Below are positions 38,951 through 48,250 of a stretch of 64,000 nt of DNA, one piece after another. The translations under genes were made by a program, and so were the position numbers. Position 1 is the first letter of the stretch, and each line of letters starts with the position of its first letter. Source of the DNA: an uncultured Solirubrobacteraceae bacterium. Lineage in GTDB: Bacteria > Actinomycetota > Thermoleophilia > Solirubrobacterales > Solirubrobacteraceae. Location: assembly GCA_964422115.1 (NCBI GenBank), contig CAYQZU010000010.1, positions 16,646 through 80,645 on the forward strand, read 5' to 3'. The notes under the pieces are model-generated. The model worked only from the letters and a program-made list of their open reading frames with translations, made no database searches and was not told the DNA's origin.

Positions 38951-40666
38951 ATGACAAACCGAAATCGCCTCAGCGCCGCAACCCTCCTCGCCGGCCTCGC
39001 GCTCGGACTGCTTGCGCAGTCGGCCGGGGCCTCCAGCGGTGGCGCGGTGGCACCCGCAACCGGTCCGGCGAGCGCCACGCCGCCGACGACGACGACCGGG
39101 TCGAAGTCGCATGCGACCGGCCCTGCGTCGCATGCCACCGGTTCCAAGTCCCACAAGCCGACGAACGGCTCGTCCTCGACGGGCGGAGCGACTGCCGGCA
39201 CGACCGTCACCGCACGCCGGGTGACGCGCGGCCCGCACCCCGTCATCAGCTCGGCGAGCTGCTACGGCGTCGGCAAGACACACTGCCAGGCGCATAACCG
39301 ACGGATTGTTCAGATCACCGGCGAGCTTGTCATCCGCGGACACCATTTCGCCGGGTCGATGACCGTCTATTTCCCGGCGAGCGGTGTCACCGCTGCTCGC
39401 GTTGATCCGATCGCGGCGCCGCTGCGACCGACGCCGCACGGTTTTGCGGTCACGGTCCCGGTCGGCGCCTCCAGTGGCCACATCTTCCTCGAAAACGGCA
39501 CCGGCACCCGCTCGAACAGCTACGGGCCGATCAAGGTTGCTGCCGCGCCGATCACCGCGGTCGCGACCCCCGCGCCGCTCACGAGCTCCGCGTTCGATGG
39601 CACGGGGATGTGGATCTGGTATGTCAGCAAGTCGGACGGCGGCAACCTGAGCGCGATCGCCGCACAGGCCAAAGCGGCGGGAATCACGACGCTCTTCATC
39701 AAGTCGAGCGACGGGCCGAGCAACTTCTGGGCGCAGTTCACGCCCACGCTGATCGGGGCCTTTCACGCCGTCGGGATCGACGTTTGCGCCTGGCAGTACG
39801 TGTACGGCCAGAACCCCGCGGGCGAGGCCGCAATGGGAGCGCAGGCGGTGGCCGACGGCGCCGACTGCCTCGTCATTGACGCCGAGAGCACCTACGAAGG
39901 CAAGTACTGGGCGGCGCAGACCTACATGAGCGACCTGCGCGCGGCGATCGGGCCCAACTACCCGGTCGGCCTGACGTCCTTCCCGTACGTGAACCTCCAT
40001 GAGACCGAGCCTTACTCGGTGTTCCTGGGGCCGTCGGGCGCCCAGTACAACGTGCCGCAGATCTATTGGAAGGACATCGGCGACTCGCCCGACAGCGCCT
40101 ACGCGCAGACCTACGTCGAGAACCGCATCTACGGACGGCCGATCGTGCCCGTCGGTCAGTCCTACAACAACGTGCCGCCGGCGCAGATCACGCGCTTTCG
40201 CCAGCTCGCGAGCGCCTACGGCGCAATCGGGTTCTCCTTCTACAGCTGGCAAGCGGCTTCAAGCGGCGACTGGGGCGCACTCGAGCAGCCGTTCGCTCCC
40301 GGCGCAACGGTGGCGCTGCCGACGAGTTGGCCGGCGCTCGGGCAGGGCAATAAGGGCGACCAGGTCCTGTGGATGCAGGAGCACCTGGCGAGCGCGCAGC
40401 CGAGCACCCCGACCAGTGGCGCTTTCGACGCAGCCACCGAGTCCGCGCTGCTCGCCTTCCAGCGCGCACACGGCCTCCCGCCGAGTGGAATCACGGATGC
40501 GCCAACGTGGACCGCCCTGCTCGCGCTCGCTCCGGTAGCTGTGCAGTTCCCGCAGCCGACCGGCCCGACCGGCCCAACCGGAACGACCGGCTCGACCGGC
40601 TCGACGGGCACCAGCGGCACCTCCGGGGCGAGCGGCCCGAGCGGCACCGGCGGCACCACCGCCTGA
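38951..40666 (+). CDS. secreted protein: glycoside-hydrolase-like TIM-barrel (Rv2525c/GH25-like) domain, PG_binding_1 domain, short collagen-like Gly-X-Y tail
   Basis: Signal peptide MTNRNRLSAATLLAGLALGLLAQSAGA. GMWIWYVSKSDGG...ITTLFIKSSDG...CAWQYVYG is hydrolase-like. GDQVLWMQEHL...AFDAATESALLAFQRAHGLPPSGI is peptidoglycan-binding. Then PTGPTGPTGTTGSTGSTGTSGTSGASGPSGTGG. Confidence 0.8.
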   Translation: MTNRNRLSAATLLAGLALGLLAQSAGASSGGAVAPATGPASATPPTTTTGSKSHATGPASHATGSKSHKPTNGSSSTGGATAGTTVTARRVTRGPHPVISSASCYGVGKTHCQAHNRRIVQITGELVIRGHHFAGSMTVYFPASGVTAARVDPIAAPLRPTPHGFAVTVPVGASSGHIFLENGTGTRSNSYGPIKVAAAPITAVATPAPLTSSAFDGTGMWIWYVSKSDGGNLSAIAAQAKAAGITTLFIKSSDGPSNFWAQFTPTLIGAFHAVGIDVCAWQYVYGQNPAGEAAMGAQAVADGADCLVIDAESTYEGKYWAAQTYMSDLRAAIGPNYPVGLTSFPYVNLHETEPYSVFLGPSGAQYNVPQIYWKDIGDSPDSAYAQTYVENRIYGRPIVPVGQSYNNVPPAQITRFRQLASAYGAIGFSFYSWQAASSGDWGALEQPFAPGATVALPTSWPALGQGNKGDQVLWMQEHLASAQPSTPTSGAFDAATESALLAFQRAHGLPPSGITDAPTWTALLALAPVAVQFPQPTGPTGPTGTTGSTGSTGTSGTSGASGPSGTGGTTA

Positions 40667-40784
40667 CCCGTGCGGACCACCCGCGTCCGGGTAGGAATCC
40701 CCCCAAGGAGGGTGGCGGTTCTCGCTCGCAATATTTGCCACGAACGGATATGTTGCGCGGCGACGGGAGTGAGAGCGATGGCAT

Positions 40785-40812
40785 AGAGCAGCGTCGGCGC
40801 CGACGCTGCTCT
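40785..40812. terminator. perfect palindromic hairpin between convergent genes (bidirectional terminator candidate)
   Basis: AGAGCAGCGTCGG-CG-CCGACGCTGCTCT has 13-nt perfect inverted arms. It lies between stops at 40666 (+) and 40849 (-). Confidence 0.55.
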
Positions 40813-40848
40813 AACCATCATCGGGACGCAGGAGTCCCGACCGACCTC

Positions 40849-42363
40849 CTAGACGGTGACCGTCGGTGACTGACCGAGCACGCTCCCCCCGGCGTCGAGT
40901 GCTCGTACGGCGATCCGCTGGGCTGCGCCATGGGCGACCAGCGCGGTCTCGAACCCGTCGCGCGGCCGGGCTGTCGAAGGCACTAGGGACCCGCCCGCGG
41001 CGCCTGCCATCACGACCCAGAAGCGCGTGCGCGTATCGCCGTTCCAGCTCGCAAAGATGTCGATGCCGTGCCGGCGGCGCGTCGCCGCCACCGCCGGTGT
41101 CCCGGAACCCGCACCGTCCCACGGCAGGCGGTAGGCGCGGTAGGAGATGTACTTCTCGCCGAGCTGCGCGTCGAAGACGAGCTCGCCGGAGCGTGTGAAC
41201 TCGGACACGAACGGCTCCGCTCCCCAGCCGACGAACACGTTGCCGCCTTCAAGCACCTGGACGCTGCCTTGGCTTGTCGCGAGCAGCGGGGAGGGGTGGC
41301 GGTACTCGCGCAACAGGCGCGCGGTCCGCGCGCGCTCATCGACCTGGAGAACGATCGCCCGGGACTGCTGCCCGTATGGCTTCCCCTGATTGTCGAAGAT
41401 CGTGATCGTCCCGTCGGGCTGGCGGCGCGCGTCGTGCTGCCAGCGGAAGACGGCTGCCGGGTCGATATCGAACTGGTTGCTCTTGCCCCCCAGCCGCCAG
41501 ATGATCTTCCCGCTGTGGCGGTCGAGCTTGTAGACGCAGTGTGTGTTGCGCGAGGAGACGAGCAGGTTGTTGTCGTCGTCCACGTCGATCGAGTTGATGT
41601 GGACGTAGTCCCACGGTTCATACACGGGCCAGTCGGACTCGCTGAGCGGGATGTGGTCAAGGCTGTGCCATTCGAGCAGCACCCGGCCGCTCGCGAGGTC
41701 GAGCTCCTGGAAGATCGCGTCCTGGATCTGCCCGCCGTTGTAGCCCCCGACGCTTCGCAGGTCACGGCGCACGATGTTGTAGGAGGTGAGGAGCGCCGTC
41801 CCCCGCTCGGTCAGCGTGAACTCGTGCAGGTCGCCTCGCAGACCACCTCCCGCCTGAACCGTGCGCAGCGGCGCGTAGTCGAGCCCGGCGATCGTGTAGC
41901 CGCCGATCCCGTGACCGTTGCGGATCAGGCCGTCCCACCAGGTCAGCGCCGGCTGCCCGCGGTAGCGCTGAACCTGGAAGTTTGCGGTGACGAGCCCTGC
42001 CAGCGGGTGCTCCCAGACCGGCTCACCGGTGCTGTCCACCAGCACCGCCCCCGCCTGCTGGCCGGGCGGGGCGTTGTACGGAGCGATGAAGATCGGGTCG
42101 CTCGATGCGCGTGCGTCGCTCGCGGCGACGCTCAGGCCCGGGATCCGCAGGTCGGGTCGTGAGGCGAAGTCGGGGTCGTTCGGCGCGACCCGCGACAGCA
42201 CCCGGTTGACGCGGAGCGGCGCGACCACGCCGCCCAGGCTGTCGCCGGCCGCGCTCCCCGCGAGCGCCGCGACCGCAAGTCCCCCGCCTGCACGCAGCAG
42301 CTCGCGCCGCGTCAGGCCTGCGGCCCGCGTGCCTGCCGCCGCCGCCTCAGTCGATCCGGCCAC
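40849..42363 (-). CDS. arylsulfotransferase (ASST) family beta-propeller protein with Tat-type signal
   Basis: Twin-arginine signal (LTRRELLRAGGGLAVAALAGSAAG). ASST-like core (DLHEF.LT..GTALL, WHSLDHIPLSES, DYVHINSIDVDDDNNLLVSSRNTHCVYKLDRHSGKIIWRLGG). Confidence 0.8.
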   Translation of the reverse strand: MAGSTEAAAAGTRAAGLTRRELLRAGGGLAVAALAGSAAGDSLGGVVAPLRVNRVLSRVAPNDPDFASRPDLRIPGLSVAASDARASSDPIFIAPYNAPPGQQAGAVLVDSTGEPVWEHPLAGLVTANFQVQRYRGQPALTWWDGLIRNGHGIGGYTIAGLDYAPLRTVQAGGGLRGDLHEFTLTERGTALLTSYNIVRRDLRSVGGYNGGQIQDAIFQELDLASGRVLLEWHSLDHIPLSESDWPVYEPWDYVHINSIDVDDDNNLLVSSRNTHCVYKLDRHSGKIIWRLGGKSNQFDIDPAAVFRWQHDARRQPDGTITIFDNQGKPYGQQSRAIVLQVDERARTARLLREYRHPSPLLATSQGSVQVLEGGNVFVGWGAEPFVSEFTRSGELVFDAQLGEKYISYRAYRLPWDGAGSGTPAVAATRRRHGIDIFASWNGDTRTRFWVVMAGAAGGSLVPSTARPRDGFETALVAHGAAQRIAVRALDAGGSVLGQSPTVTV

Positions 42364-42369
42364 GTGCCG

Positions 42370-43026
42370 TCAACCCGCCGGAAGCACTCGCGGTAGCGCG
42401 AGCGCCAGCCAGTTTGCTGCAGCCGCCGCGTTCGCCTGCTCGATCTGGTGCGAGCCCGCCGTCTCGTGGTATTCGACATCGAGGCCACCCGTCTCGAGCA
42501 GTTCGCGCGCGCTCCGCGCGAACTCGACGCCGATCACCGGGTCGCCCGCCCCGTGGGCGATGAACACCGCCATGCCCGCTCGTCCGGCCAGATCCGGACT
42601 CCAGTCCGCCACCGTCGGAACGAAGCCCGAGAACGCGAGGATCCCGGCGGGTCGCGGCCGGTCGCCGCCAAGCCCGAGCGCGTAGCTCATCACGCAGCCC
42701 ATCGAGAAGCCCCCGAGCACCGTCCGCTCCGGCGGGGTGCCGGTCCGCTGCCAGAGTTCGTCGTGAAACGCGCCGAGCTCGAGGTAGCCGGCGTGAAAGC
42801 TCTCCGGGTCGGGATAGCCGACTCGCGGCACCACATACCAGTGGTAGCCGCCCATCCCGGCGAGCGTCATCGGCGCCCGCGGGCAGACCACGTGCAGCCG
42901 CCGCTGCGGGTCGAGCACGTCGGCCAACCCGAGCATGTCCTGCTCGTCGGAGCCGCGACCGTGGTGCAGCACGAGCAGGCCGTCCGCTGCTCCCTCCGCG
43001 GGACGCTCCGCGTATGTCAGCGCGCA
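42370..43026 (-). CDS. phospholipase/carboxylesterase-family alpha/beta hydrolase
   Basis: LLVLHHGRGSDEQDM, nucleophile elbow GFSMGC, and HGAGDPVI. ATG 43026. 7-nt gap to the ASST gene downstream. Confidence 0.8.
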   Translation of the reverse strand, partial: CALTYAERPAEGAADGLLVLHHGRGSDEQDMLGLADVLDPQRRLHVVCPRAPMTLAGMGGYHWYVVPRVGYPDPESFHAGYLELGAFHDELWQRTGTPPERTVLGGFSMGCVMSYALGLGGDRPRPAGILAFSGFVPTVADWSPDLAGRAGMAVFIAHGAGDPVIGVEFARSARELLETGGLDVEYHETAGSHQIEQANAAAAANWLALALPRVLPAG

Positions 43027-43069
43027 CATACCCCCATGATGGCGCAAGCCGGGAATGCTGCTCGCGGGG

Positions 43070-43145
43070 GGCGTATACCTGTGCCCCGAACGGGGTACGC
43101 CCCCCGGCCGATCGGCGCATGCCTGTGCCCCGCATGGGGTACGCC
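43070..43145. repeat. two tandem copies of a 32-nt hairpin-containing element (period 44 nt) in a divergent intergenic region
   Basis: GGCGTATACCTGTGCCCCGAACGGGGTACGCC (43070-43101) and GGCGCATGCCTGTGCCCCGCATGGGGTACGCC (43114-43145) are identical at 28/32 positions. Each has GGCG.A...TACGCC outer and CCCC....GGGG inner inverted repeats. The second copy is flanked by GCCGATCGG palindromes. Confidence 0.6.
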
Positions 43146-43266
43146 GATCGGAGCCCGCACCCGGGCAGGTAGTTCATACGGACCCGCCTGCCGTGCGACA
43201 CGGATGCCGCGTGCGCCCGCGGATGCGAGCCTCCGCGTGCACAGCGAACGATCGAGAGGACGGCAC

Positions 43267-43587
43267 ATGCCACTGCTTCCGAAGGAGCCTGCGGACTTGG
43301 CGCTCGCGCCGGTCGCGGCGCACGTCGACCAGAACCTCGCGCGGCTGCGCGACATGAGCGTCGCGCAGATCGAGGCCGATCTCGCGCTCCAGCGCAACGA
43401 CGAGCCGCATCACTCCGACCCGAGCGCCCGCGCCGCACGCGTGCTGTTCGCGGCGCTGCGCTTCACCGACATGCATGGCTGGCAGGCGGAGATCACGAGC
43501 GACTACGCGCGCGTGCGACTGAGCGGGGGATCGGTCTCGGTTGAGCTCGGGTTGAGTCCGACGATTCGTAGCTACATCATGGGGTAG
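43267..43587 (+). CDS. small hypothetical protein
   Basis: ATG 43267 follows a GAGAGGA RBS (43254-43260, 6-nt spacer). MPLLPKEPADLALAPVAAHVDQNLARLRDMSVAQIEADL... has coding-like composition. The rest of listed ORF 42448..43587 is antisense to the esterase. Confidence 0.45.
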   Translation: MPLLPKEPADLALAPVAAHVDQNLARLRDMSVAQIEADLALQRNDEPHHSDPSARAARVLFAALRFTDMHGWQAEITSDYARVRLSGGSVSVELGLSPTIRSYIMG

Positions 43588-43628
43588 ATGCGCGCTCGCA
43601 GGCAGGCGAGGGCCGCCGAATCCGGCAC

Positions 43629-44624
43629 CTAGCGGCCGAGCGGCACGAGCACGGCGCTGCGCGGATCGTCGAGGTAGCCTGGGCGGCTGGCGGCGACGCC
43701 GCTGTGGCCGTACTGCCAGACGATCCGCTTGGTCCGCCGGTCGATCACGATCACGCGGTCGTTGCCCGAGTCGACGACGAGGACCGCGCCGTCCGCGAGG
43801 ACAGTCGCGAGCGCGGGACGGTCCAGGCGGCCGCGGCCGCTGTGCGGCCCGTAGCTCCACCTGACGGCGCCGGTCACTCGGTCCAGCTCCTCGACGCGGC
43901 CCGGGTTACTCTGGTCGGCGACGATGAGACCGTCCGCCCCGTACGCGTTCGCGTCGGCGGGGCGTCTCAGTCCGTGCAGCGCGATCGCGCGCATCAGGGC
44001 GCCGCGAGCGCTGAGCACGTCGATCCAGCCCCGCTCGGTGACCACCAGCTCGCCGCCGGCGCTCGGGAACGCCGCGACCGGGGACGCGAACCCGGCGGGG
44101 GGACGGTGCGAGCAGCGATCCTGCGCACCCAGCGTCTCCACCGGCCGTGCGCGCGCCGGCGAGAGGAAGACGATCTCGCAGCGTCCGGCGTCGGCGACCA
44201 CCAGTTCGCCGTTCGCGGTCTCGAGTGCGGTGCGCGGGCTCGCAAGCGCTCGGTAGCTGTAGCTGACGCGCCGATCGTCGATTCTGCGCATCGCGACGGT
44301 ACCGCGGTTCGCCTCCGCGACGATCAGCGTTCGCCCGGTCCGTGTCACGAACACCTGCGTCGGATCGGCCTGCCGGAGCCCCCACACGACCTGCCCGCGC
44401 GGCGAGATGGAGACGACGCGCCCACCGGCCTGCGCGATCAGCAGGTTGAGCGGGAGCGCCCGGCGCTCGCGCGCGACCGTCAGATGGGTCGGGCCCCGGC
44501 CAGGGTGGGTCGCAGCCGAGCCCGGCCAGGGCGCCGCCGAGGCCGCTGATGCGGTGGCGAGCGCGGCTACGAGCAGCGCACCGAGCGAGCGGGTCACCCC
44601 GCCGCGCCGGGGAATCGAACACAT
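43629..44624 (-). CDS. secreted beta-propeller repeat protein (PQQ-like/Arylsulfotran_2-like)
   Basis: ATG 44624 gives MCSIPRRGGVTRSLGALLVAALATASAASA. Repeated motifs GRVVSISPRGQVVW, GELVVAD, GLIVADQSNPGRVEELDRVTGAVRWSYG and VLVVDSGNDRVIVIDRRTKRIVWQYG. Confidence 0.7.
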   Translation of the reverse strand: MCSIPRRGGVTRSLGALLVAALATASAASAAPWPGSAATHPGRGPTHLTVARERRALPLNLLIAQAGGRVVSISPRGQVVWGLRQADPTQVFVTRTGRTLIVAEANRGTVAMRRIDDRRVSYSYRALASPRTALETANGELVVADAGRCEIVFLSPARARPVETLGAQDRCSHRPPAGFASPVAAFPSAGGELVVTERGWIDVLSARGALMRAIALHGLRRPADANAYGADGLIVADQSNPGRVEELDRVTGAVRWSYGPHSGRGRLDRPALATVLADGAVLVVDSGNDRVIVIDRRTKRIVWQYGHSGVAASRPGYLDDPRSAVLVPLGR

Positions 44625-44765
44625 GTCCACGTCGATCTTCACCTGCTCCCCGGACAGCGCGCGCCGGGCTCTGCGCGTCGCTACACTCGGGGCGGGGAAC
44701 TGACCGTAAAACGGGGCGCACACGGACGTGGCTCCGCGAGCCGCACCGCCCATTTGAACCGGCCA

Positions 44766-47063
44766 ATGATGCGCCAACCCAAACGACTCGCTCTGATGGT
44801 CCTGCTCGTTGCAGGGCTTGGTGCTGCGGTGATCCTCGGGTCTGGCCTTCCGGGGTCGTCGGCCGCCGGATTTCGCCTCGCCGAGCGCCACGGCCCCGCG
44901 ATCTTTCGCGGGCATCCTGCGGCCGGCTCGCGCAGGCCTCGCGTGCTCCTCTTCAGCGCAACCCCGGCGATGCTTCCCGCGGCCGGTGGTACGGTGAAGC
45001 TCTCGGCGCTGGTCGCAGGCGCCAGCGAGTGTCGCTTCGGCGCGGCGGTGCGCGTCGGCACGCTTCCCGCCGCCAGACGCTGCGGGGCCGGCAGCGCGAG
45101 CGTGACGGTGCGTGTCGAACCGAACACCGGCACGGCAGCGGCGACCTACTCATTCACCCTGAAGGTCTACGGTAAGCACGGCAAGCTCGTCGCGCCTCAC
45201 GCGGTGGTTCAGGTTGCGGGCCTCGCCGTGACCCCGAAGCCCGACACCACGACCGCCCCCGGCAGCTCGACGGGTGCCTCGCCGGCTGCGTCTGCGCCGC
45301 CGCACGTCACGAGCAGCCCGACCGACTTCTCGACGCCCTTCGGAACGACGGCGACGTTCAACGCCGCCGCCTCGGGCAACCCCGTACCGGGCGTGCAGTG
45401 GCAGGTCTCGAGCGACGGCGGCTCCGTTTGGAGCGATGTGGCCGGCGCGACCGCGGCGACCTACTCGTTCACGGCCGCTACGGACGGCAACCGCTACCGA
45501 GCGGTCTTCACCAACAGCGCGGGCAACGCGACCAGCACCGCCGCGACGCTGACCGTGACGGGGAGCCCCGTCGCGCCGAGCGTGTCGGCGGACCCGTCCG
45601 ACACGACGGTCACCGCCGGCACCGTCGCCTCGTTCACCGCCGCCGCGACCGGCAGTCCGACCCCGACAGTGCAGTGGCAGGTGTCGACCAACGGCGGCTC
45701 CGTTTGGACCGACGTGGCCGGCGCGACCGCCGACACGCTGTCCTTCAACGCCACCGCGGCGCAGAACGGCCGTGAGTACGAGGCGGTCTTCAGCAACGAC
45801 GCCGGGCCAGGAGGGACGAAGGCGTCCGCCACCACGGCGCCCGCGACGCTGACCGTCAACACGGCGCCACAGGTAACGACCGAACCGCAGGCCGACATCG
45901 TCATCTCCGGCAACAGCGCGTCGTTCACCGCGCACGCCGCCGGATCACCCAGCCCGAGCGTCCAATGGCAGCTCTCCACCGACGGCGGCTCGACCTGGAG
46001 CGCGGTGTCCGGCGCGACTGCCGACACGCTCAGCTTCACAACAAGCGCCGGCCAGACCGGCAATCTCTACCACGCGCTCTTCACGAACGCCGCTGGTTCC
46101 GCGACCTCCGCCGCGGCGACTTTGACAGTCGAGACAGCGCCGCAGGTGAGCTCGCAGCCCGCCAACGCGACCGTCACCGTCGGCGGTACGGCCACGTTTG
46201 CCGCGTCGGCCTCCGGGCTGCCCGCGCCGACGGTGCATTGGGAGTTCTCGAGCAACGGCGGAACCAGCTGGGGAGCGGTGGCCGGTGCCACCTCAGCGAC
46301 CTACTCGTTCCCGACGCTCGAAGCCGAGAACGGCTACGAGTACCGGGCCGTGTTCGCCAACGTGCTCGGGTCGATCACCACGAACGCCGCGACATTGACC
46401 CTCAAGGACCAGACCACCACGAACTGGTCGGGCTATGTGGTCAGCGGGGCGACGTTCACGGCGGTCACCGGCAGCTGGATCGTGCCGAGCGTCAACTGCA
46501 CGTCGCACGCGCACGACTACTACTCGGCGCAGTGGATCGGCATCGACGGCGACTCGAGCCAGACCGTCGAGCAGGACGGCACCGAGGCCGACTGCTTCGG
46601 CACCACCGCGGTCTACGGCGCCTGGTATGAGATGTACGGCGATAACGCGATTGCCGGCGGCAACGAGGTGCCGCTTGGCTACACCGTCCAACCAGGTGAC
46701 GCGATCAGCGCGTCGGTCTCGGTCGCGAGCAACGAATGGACGCTCACGATCGCCGACAGCACGCAGAGCTGGAGCTACTCGACGCCGCAGATCCCCTTCA
46801 CGGCGGCGCAGTCCTCGGCCGAATGGATCGGCGAGCGCCCCTACGTCTGCTACCCGTGCGGACTAGCCTCGCTCGCGAACTTTGGGAGCTTCCGGTTCAC
46901 GGGCGCGAGCGCAACGACGGCCGGCGGCGCGCCGACCCCGACCACTGGCTTCCCGAGCTACACCCCGCTTGACATGGTCGGCTCCGCGAAGCTCGCCGCG
47001 CCGGGCCCGATCGACCCGACAACCGGGGCGGCGTTCACCGATTACTGGTACGGATCGAGCTGA
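44766..47063 (+). CDS. secreted protein: N-terminal Cys-pair module, four Ig-like repeats, C-terminal peptidase G1 (eqolisin/Peptidase_A4) domain
   Basis: Signal MMRQPKRLALMVLLVAGLGAAVILG. Four ~90-aa units (F.A.A.G.P.P.VQWQVS..GGS.W.DV.GAT..T.SF...NG..Y.AVF.N..G..T...ATLTV) at ~45295-46400. The G1 blocks are TTNWSGYV, AQWIGIDG, VEQDGTE, YGAWYEMY and SAEWIGERP. Confidence 0.85.
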   Translation: MMRQPKRLALMVLLVAGLGAAVILGSGLPGSSAAGFRLAERHGPAIFRGHPAAGSRRPRVLLFSATPAMLPAAGGTVKLSALVAGASECRFGAAVRVGTLPAARRCGAGSASVTVRVEPNTGTAAATYSFTLKVYGKHGKLVAPHAVVQVAGLAVTPKPDTTTAPGSSTGASPAASAPPHVTSSPTDFSTPFGTTATFNAAASGNPVPGVQWQVSSDGGSVWSDVAGATAATYSFTAATDGNRYRAVFTNSAGNATSTAATLTVTGSPVAPSVSADPSDTTVTAGTVASFTAAATGSPTPTVQWQVSTNGGSVWTDVAGATADTLSFNATAAQNGREYEAVFSNDAGPGGTKASATTAPATLTVNTAPQVTTEPQADIVISGNSASFTAHAAGSPSPSVQWQLSTDGGSTWSAVSGATADTLSFTTSAGQTGNLYHALFTNAAGSATSAAATLTVETAPQVSSQPANATVTVGGTATFAASASGLPAPTVHWEFSSNGGTSWGAVAGATSATYSFPTLEAENGYEYRAVFANVLGSITTNAATLTLKDQTTTNWSGYVVSGATFTAVTGSWIVPSVNCTSHAHDYYSAQWIGIDGDSSQTVEQDGTEADCFGTTAVYGAWYEMYGDNAIAGGNEVPLGYTVQPGDAISASVSVASNEWTLTIADSTQSWSYSTPQIPFTAAQSSAEWIGERPYVCYPCGLASLANFGSFRFTGASATTAGGAPTPTTGFPSYTPLDMVGSAKLAAPGPIDPTTGAAFTDYWYGSS

Positions 47064-48226
47064 TGAGCCCCCGGCTCGCACGCCCGTCCCTCGCCGCGGC
47101 GCTGCTCGTCTGCGCGCTCGGCTGCCTGGCGCTCGCAGCGGCCTCGAGCTCGCGTGCCGCGCGAACGCGCTCGCCGAGCGTGCCCCAGCCCTCGATCACG
47201 AGCCTGACCGTGTCGCCGGCGATCCTTCCAGCGTCAGGTGGTCTCGTCAAGCTGGTGACGCGCGTCAGCGGCGCGAGGACGTGCCTGTTCACGACAACGA
47301 GCCCCGCGGTCCTCGGGCTTCCGCTGAGCGCCCCATGCCGTGGCGGCCACGCGAGCGCGCGTCCGACGATCGTGTCGGGGCTTGCCGCCTCCGGCACGTT
47401 CTGCGTCACCGCCAACGCGCCCGGCGCTGCGACCGCGAGACGGTGTGTCAGCGCGGCGGTGAGCACCGACGGCGCGACCGGGCAGAGCGGCACGAGCGCG
47501 AGCACATCGGCGAGTGGACCGACGGGGCCGAGCGGTCCGCCCGGCTCCGCGCGAAGCTGGCACCAGATCTTCGACGGCGGGTTCGCTGGAGGCGTCCTCA
47601 ACACGTCGCAGTGGTCCGTCGGCTGGGACGGTCACGGAATCACCGGTCCGGTCGACCCGGTCAAGGAGCTCGAGTGCTACGACCCGTCGCACGTCAGCCT
47701 TTCGGGTGGTGTGCTGGGCCTCCTCGTGACCGCGACGCCCGAGACCTGCAGGAGCGGCTCGTCCTCGTTGCAGGAGGGCTACGCGTCGGGCATGATCAAC
47801 ACGCAGGGCAAGTTCAACTTCACCTACGGCTACGTCGAGGTTCGCGCGTGGCTCCCGGGCACGACGTCGATCGCCGACTGGCCGCAGATCTGGGCGGTCG
47901 GACGCAACTGGCCGGCCGGGGGCGAGCTGGATCTGATCGAGGGACTACGCGACGGCGCGTGCTTCCATTTTCACAACCCCGCGGGCGCGGAGGGTGGTTG
48001 CGCGCCGGGCGATTACGCCGGCGGCTGGCACACATTCGCAGCCGACTGGGAGCCGGGGATCGTCACCTGGTACTACGACGGTGTCGCTGTCGGCAGCGTA
48101 ACCTCCGGAGTCACGAGCTCACCCATGTTCCTGCTGGTGAACCTCGCGGTTGATCACACCTACGGCGGGCCGATCGCGACACCGGCGACGATGAAGGTCT
48201 CCTACGTGCGGATCTGGCAGCACTGA
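47063..48226 (+). CDS. secreted glycoside hydrolase family 16 (beta-glucanase-like) with N-terminal Cys-pair module
   Basis: ATG 47063 overlaps the upstream stop (TGATG). GH16 catalytic block WPAGGELDLIEG (ExDxxE), and GWHTFAADWEPGIVTWYYDG. Confidence 0.85.
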   Translation: MSPRLARPSLAAALLVCALGCLALAAASSSRAARTRSPSVPQPSITSLTVSPAILPASGGLVKLVTRVSGARTCLFTTTSPAVLGLPLSAPCRGGHASARPTIVSGLAASGTFCVTANAPGAATARRCVSAAVSTDGATGQSGTSASTSASGPTGPSGPPGSARSWHQIFDGGFAGGVLNTSQWSVGWDGHGITGPVDPVKELECYDPSHVSLSGGVLGLLVTATPETCRSGSSSLQEGYASGMINTQGKFNFTYGYVEVRAWLPGTTSIADWPQIWAVGRNWPAGGELDLIEGLRDGACFHFHNPAGAEGGCAPGDYAGGWHTFAADWEPGIVTWYYDGVAVGSVTSGVTSSPMFLLVNLAVDHTYGGPIATPATMKVSYVRIWQH

Positions 48227-48250
48227 GCCGCGGTGGTGGCCGTGCGAACG

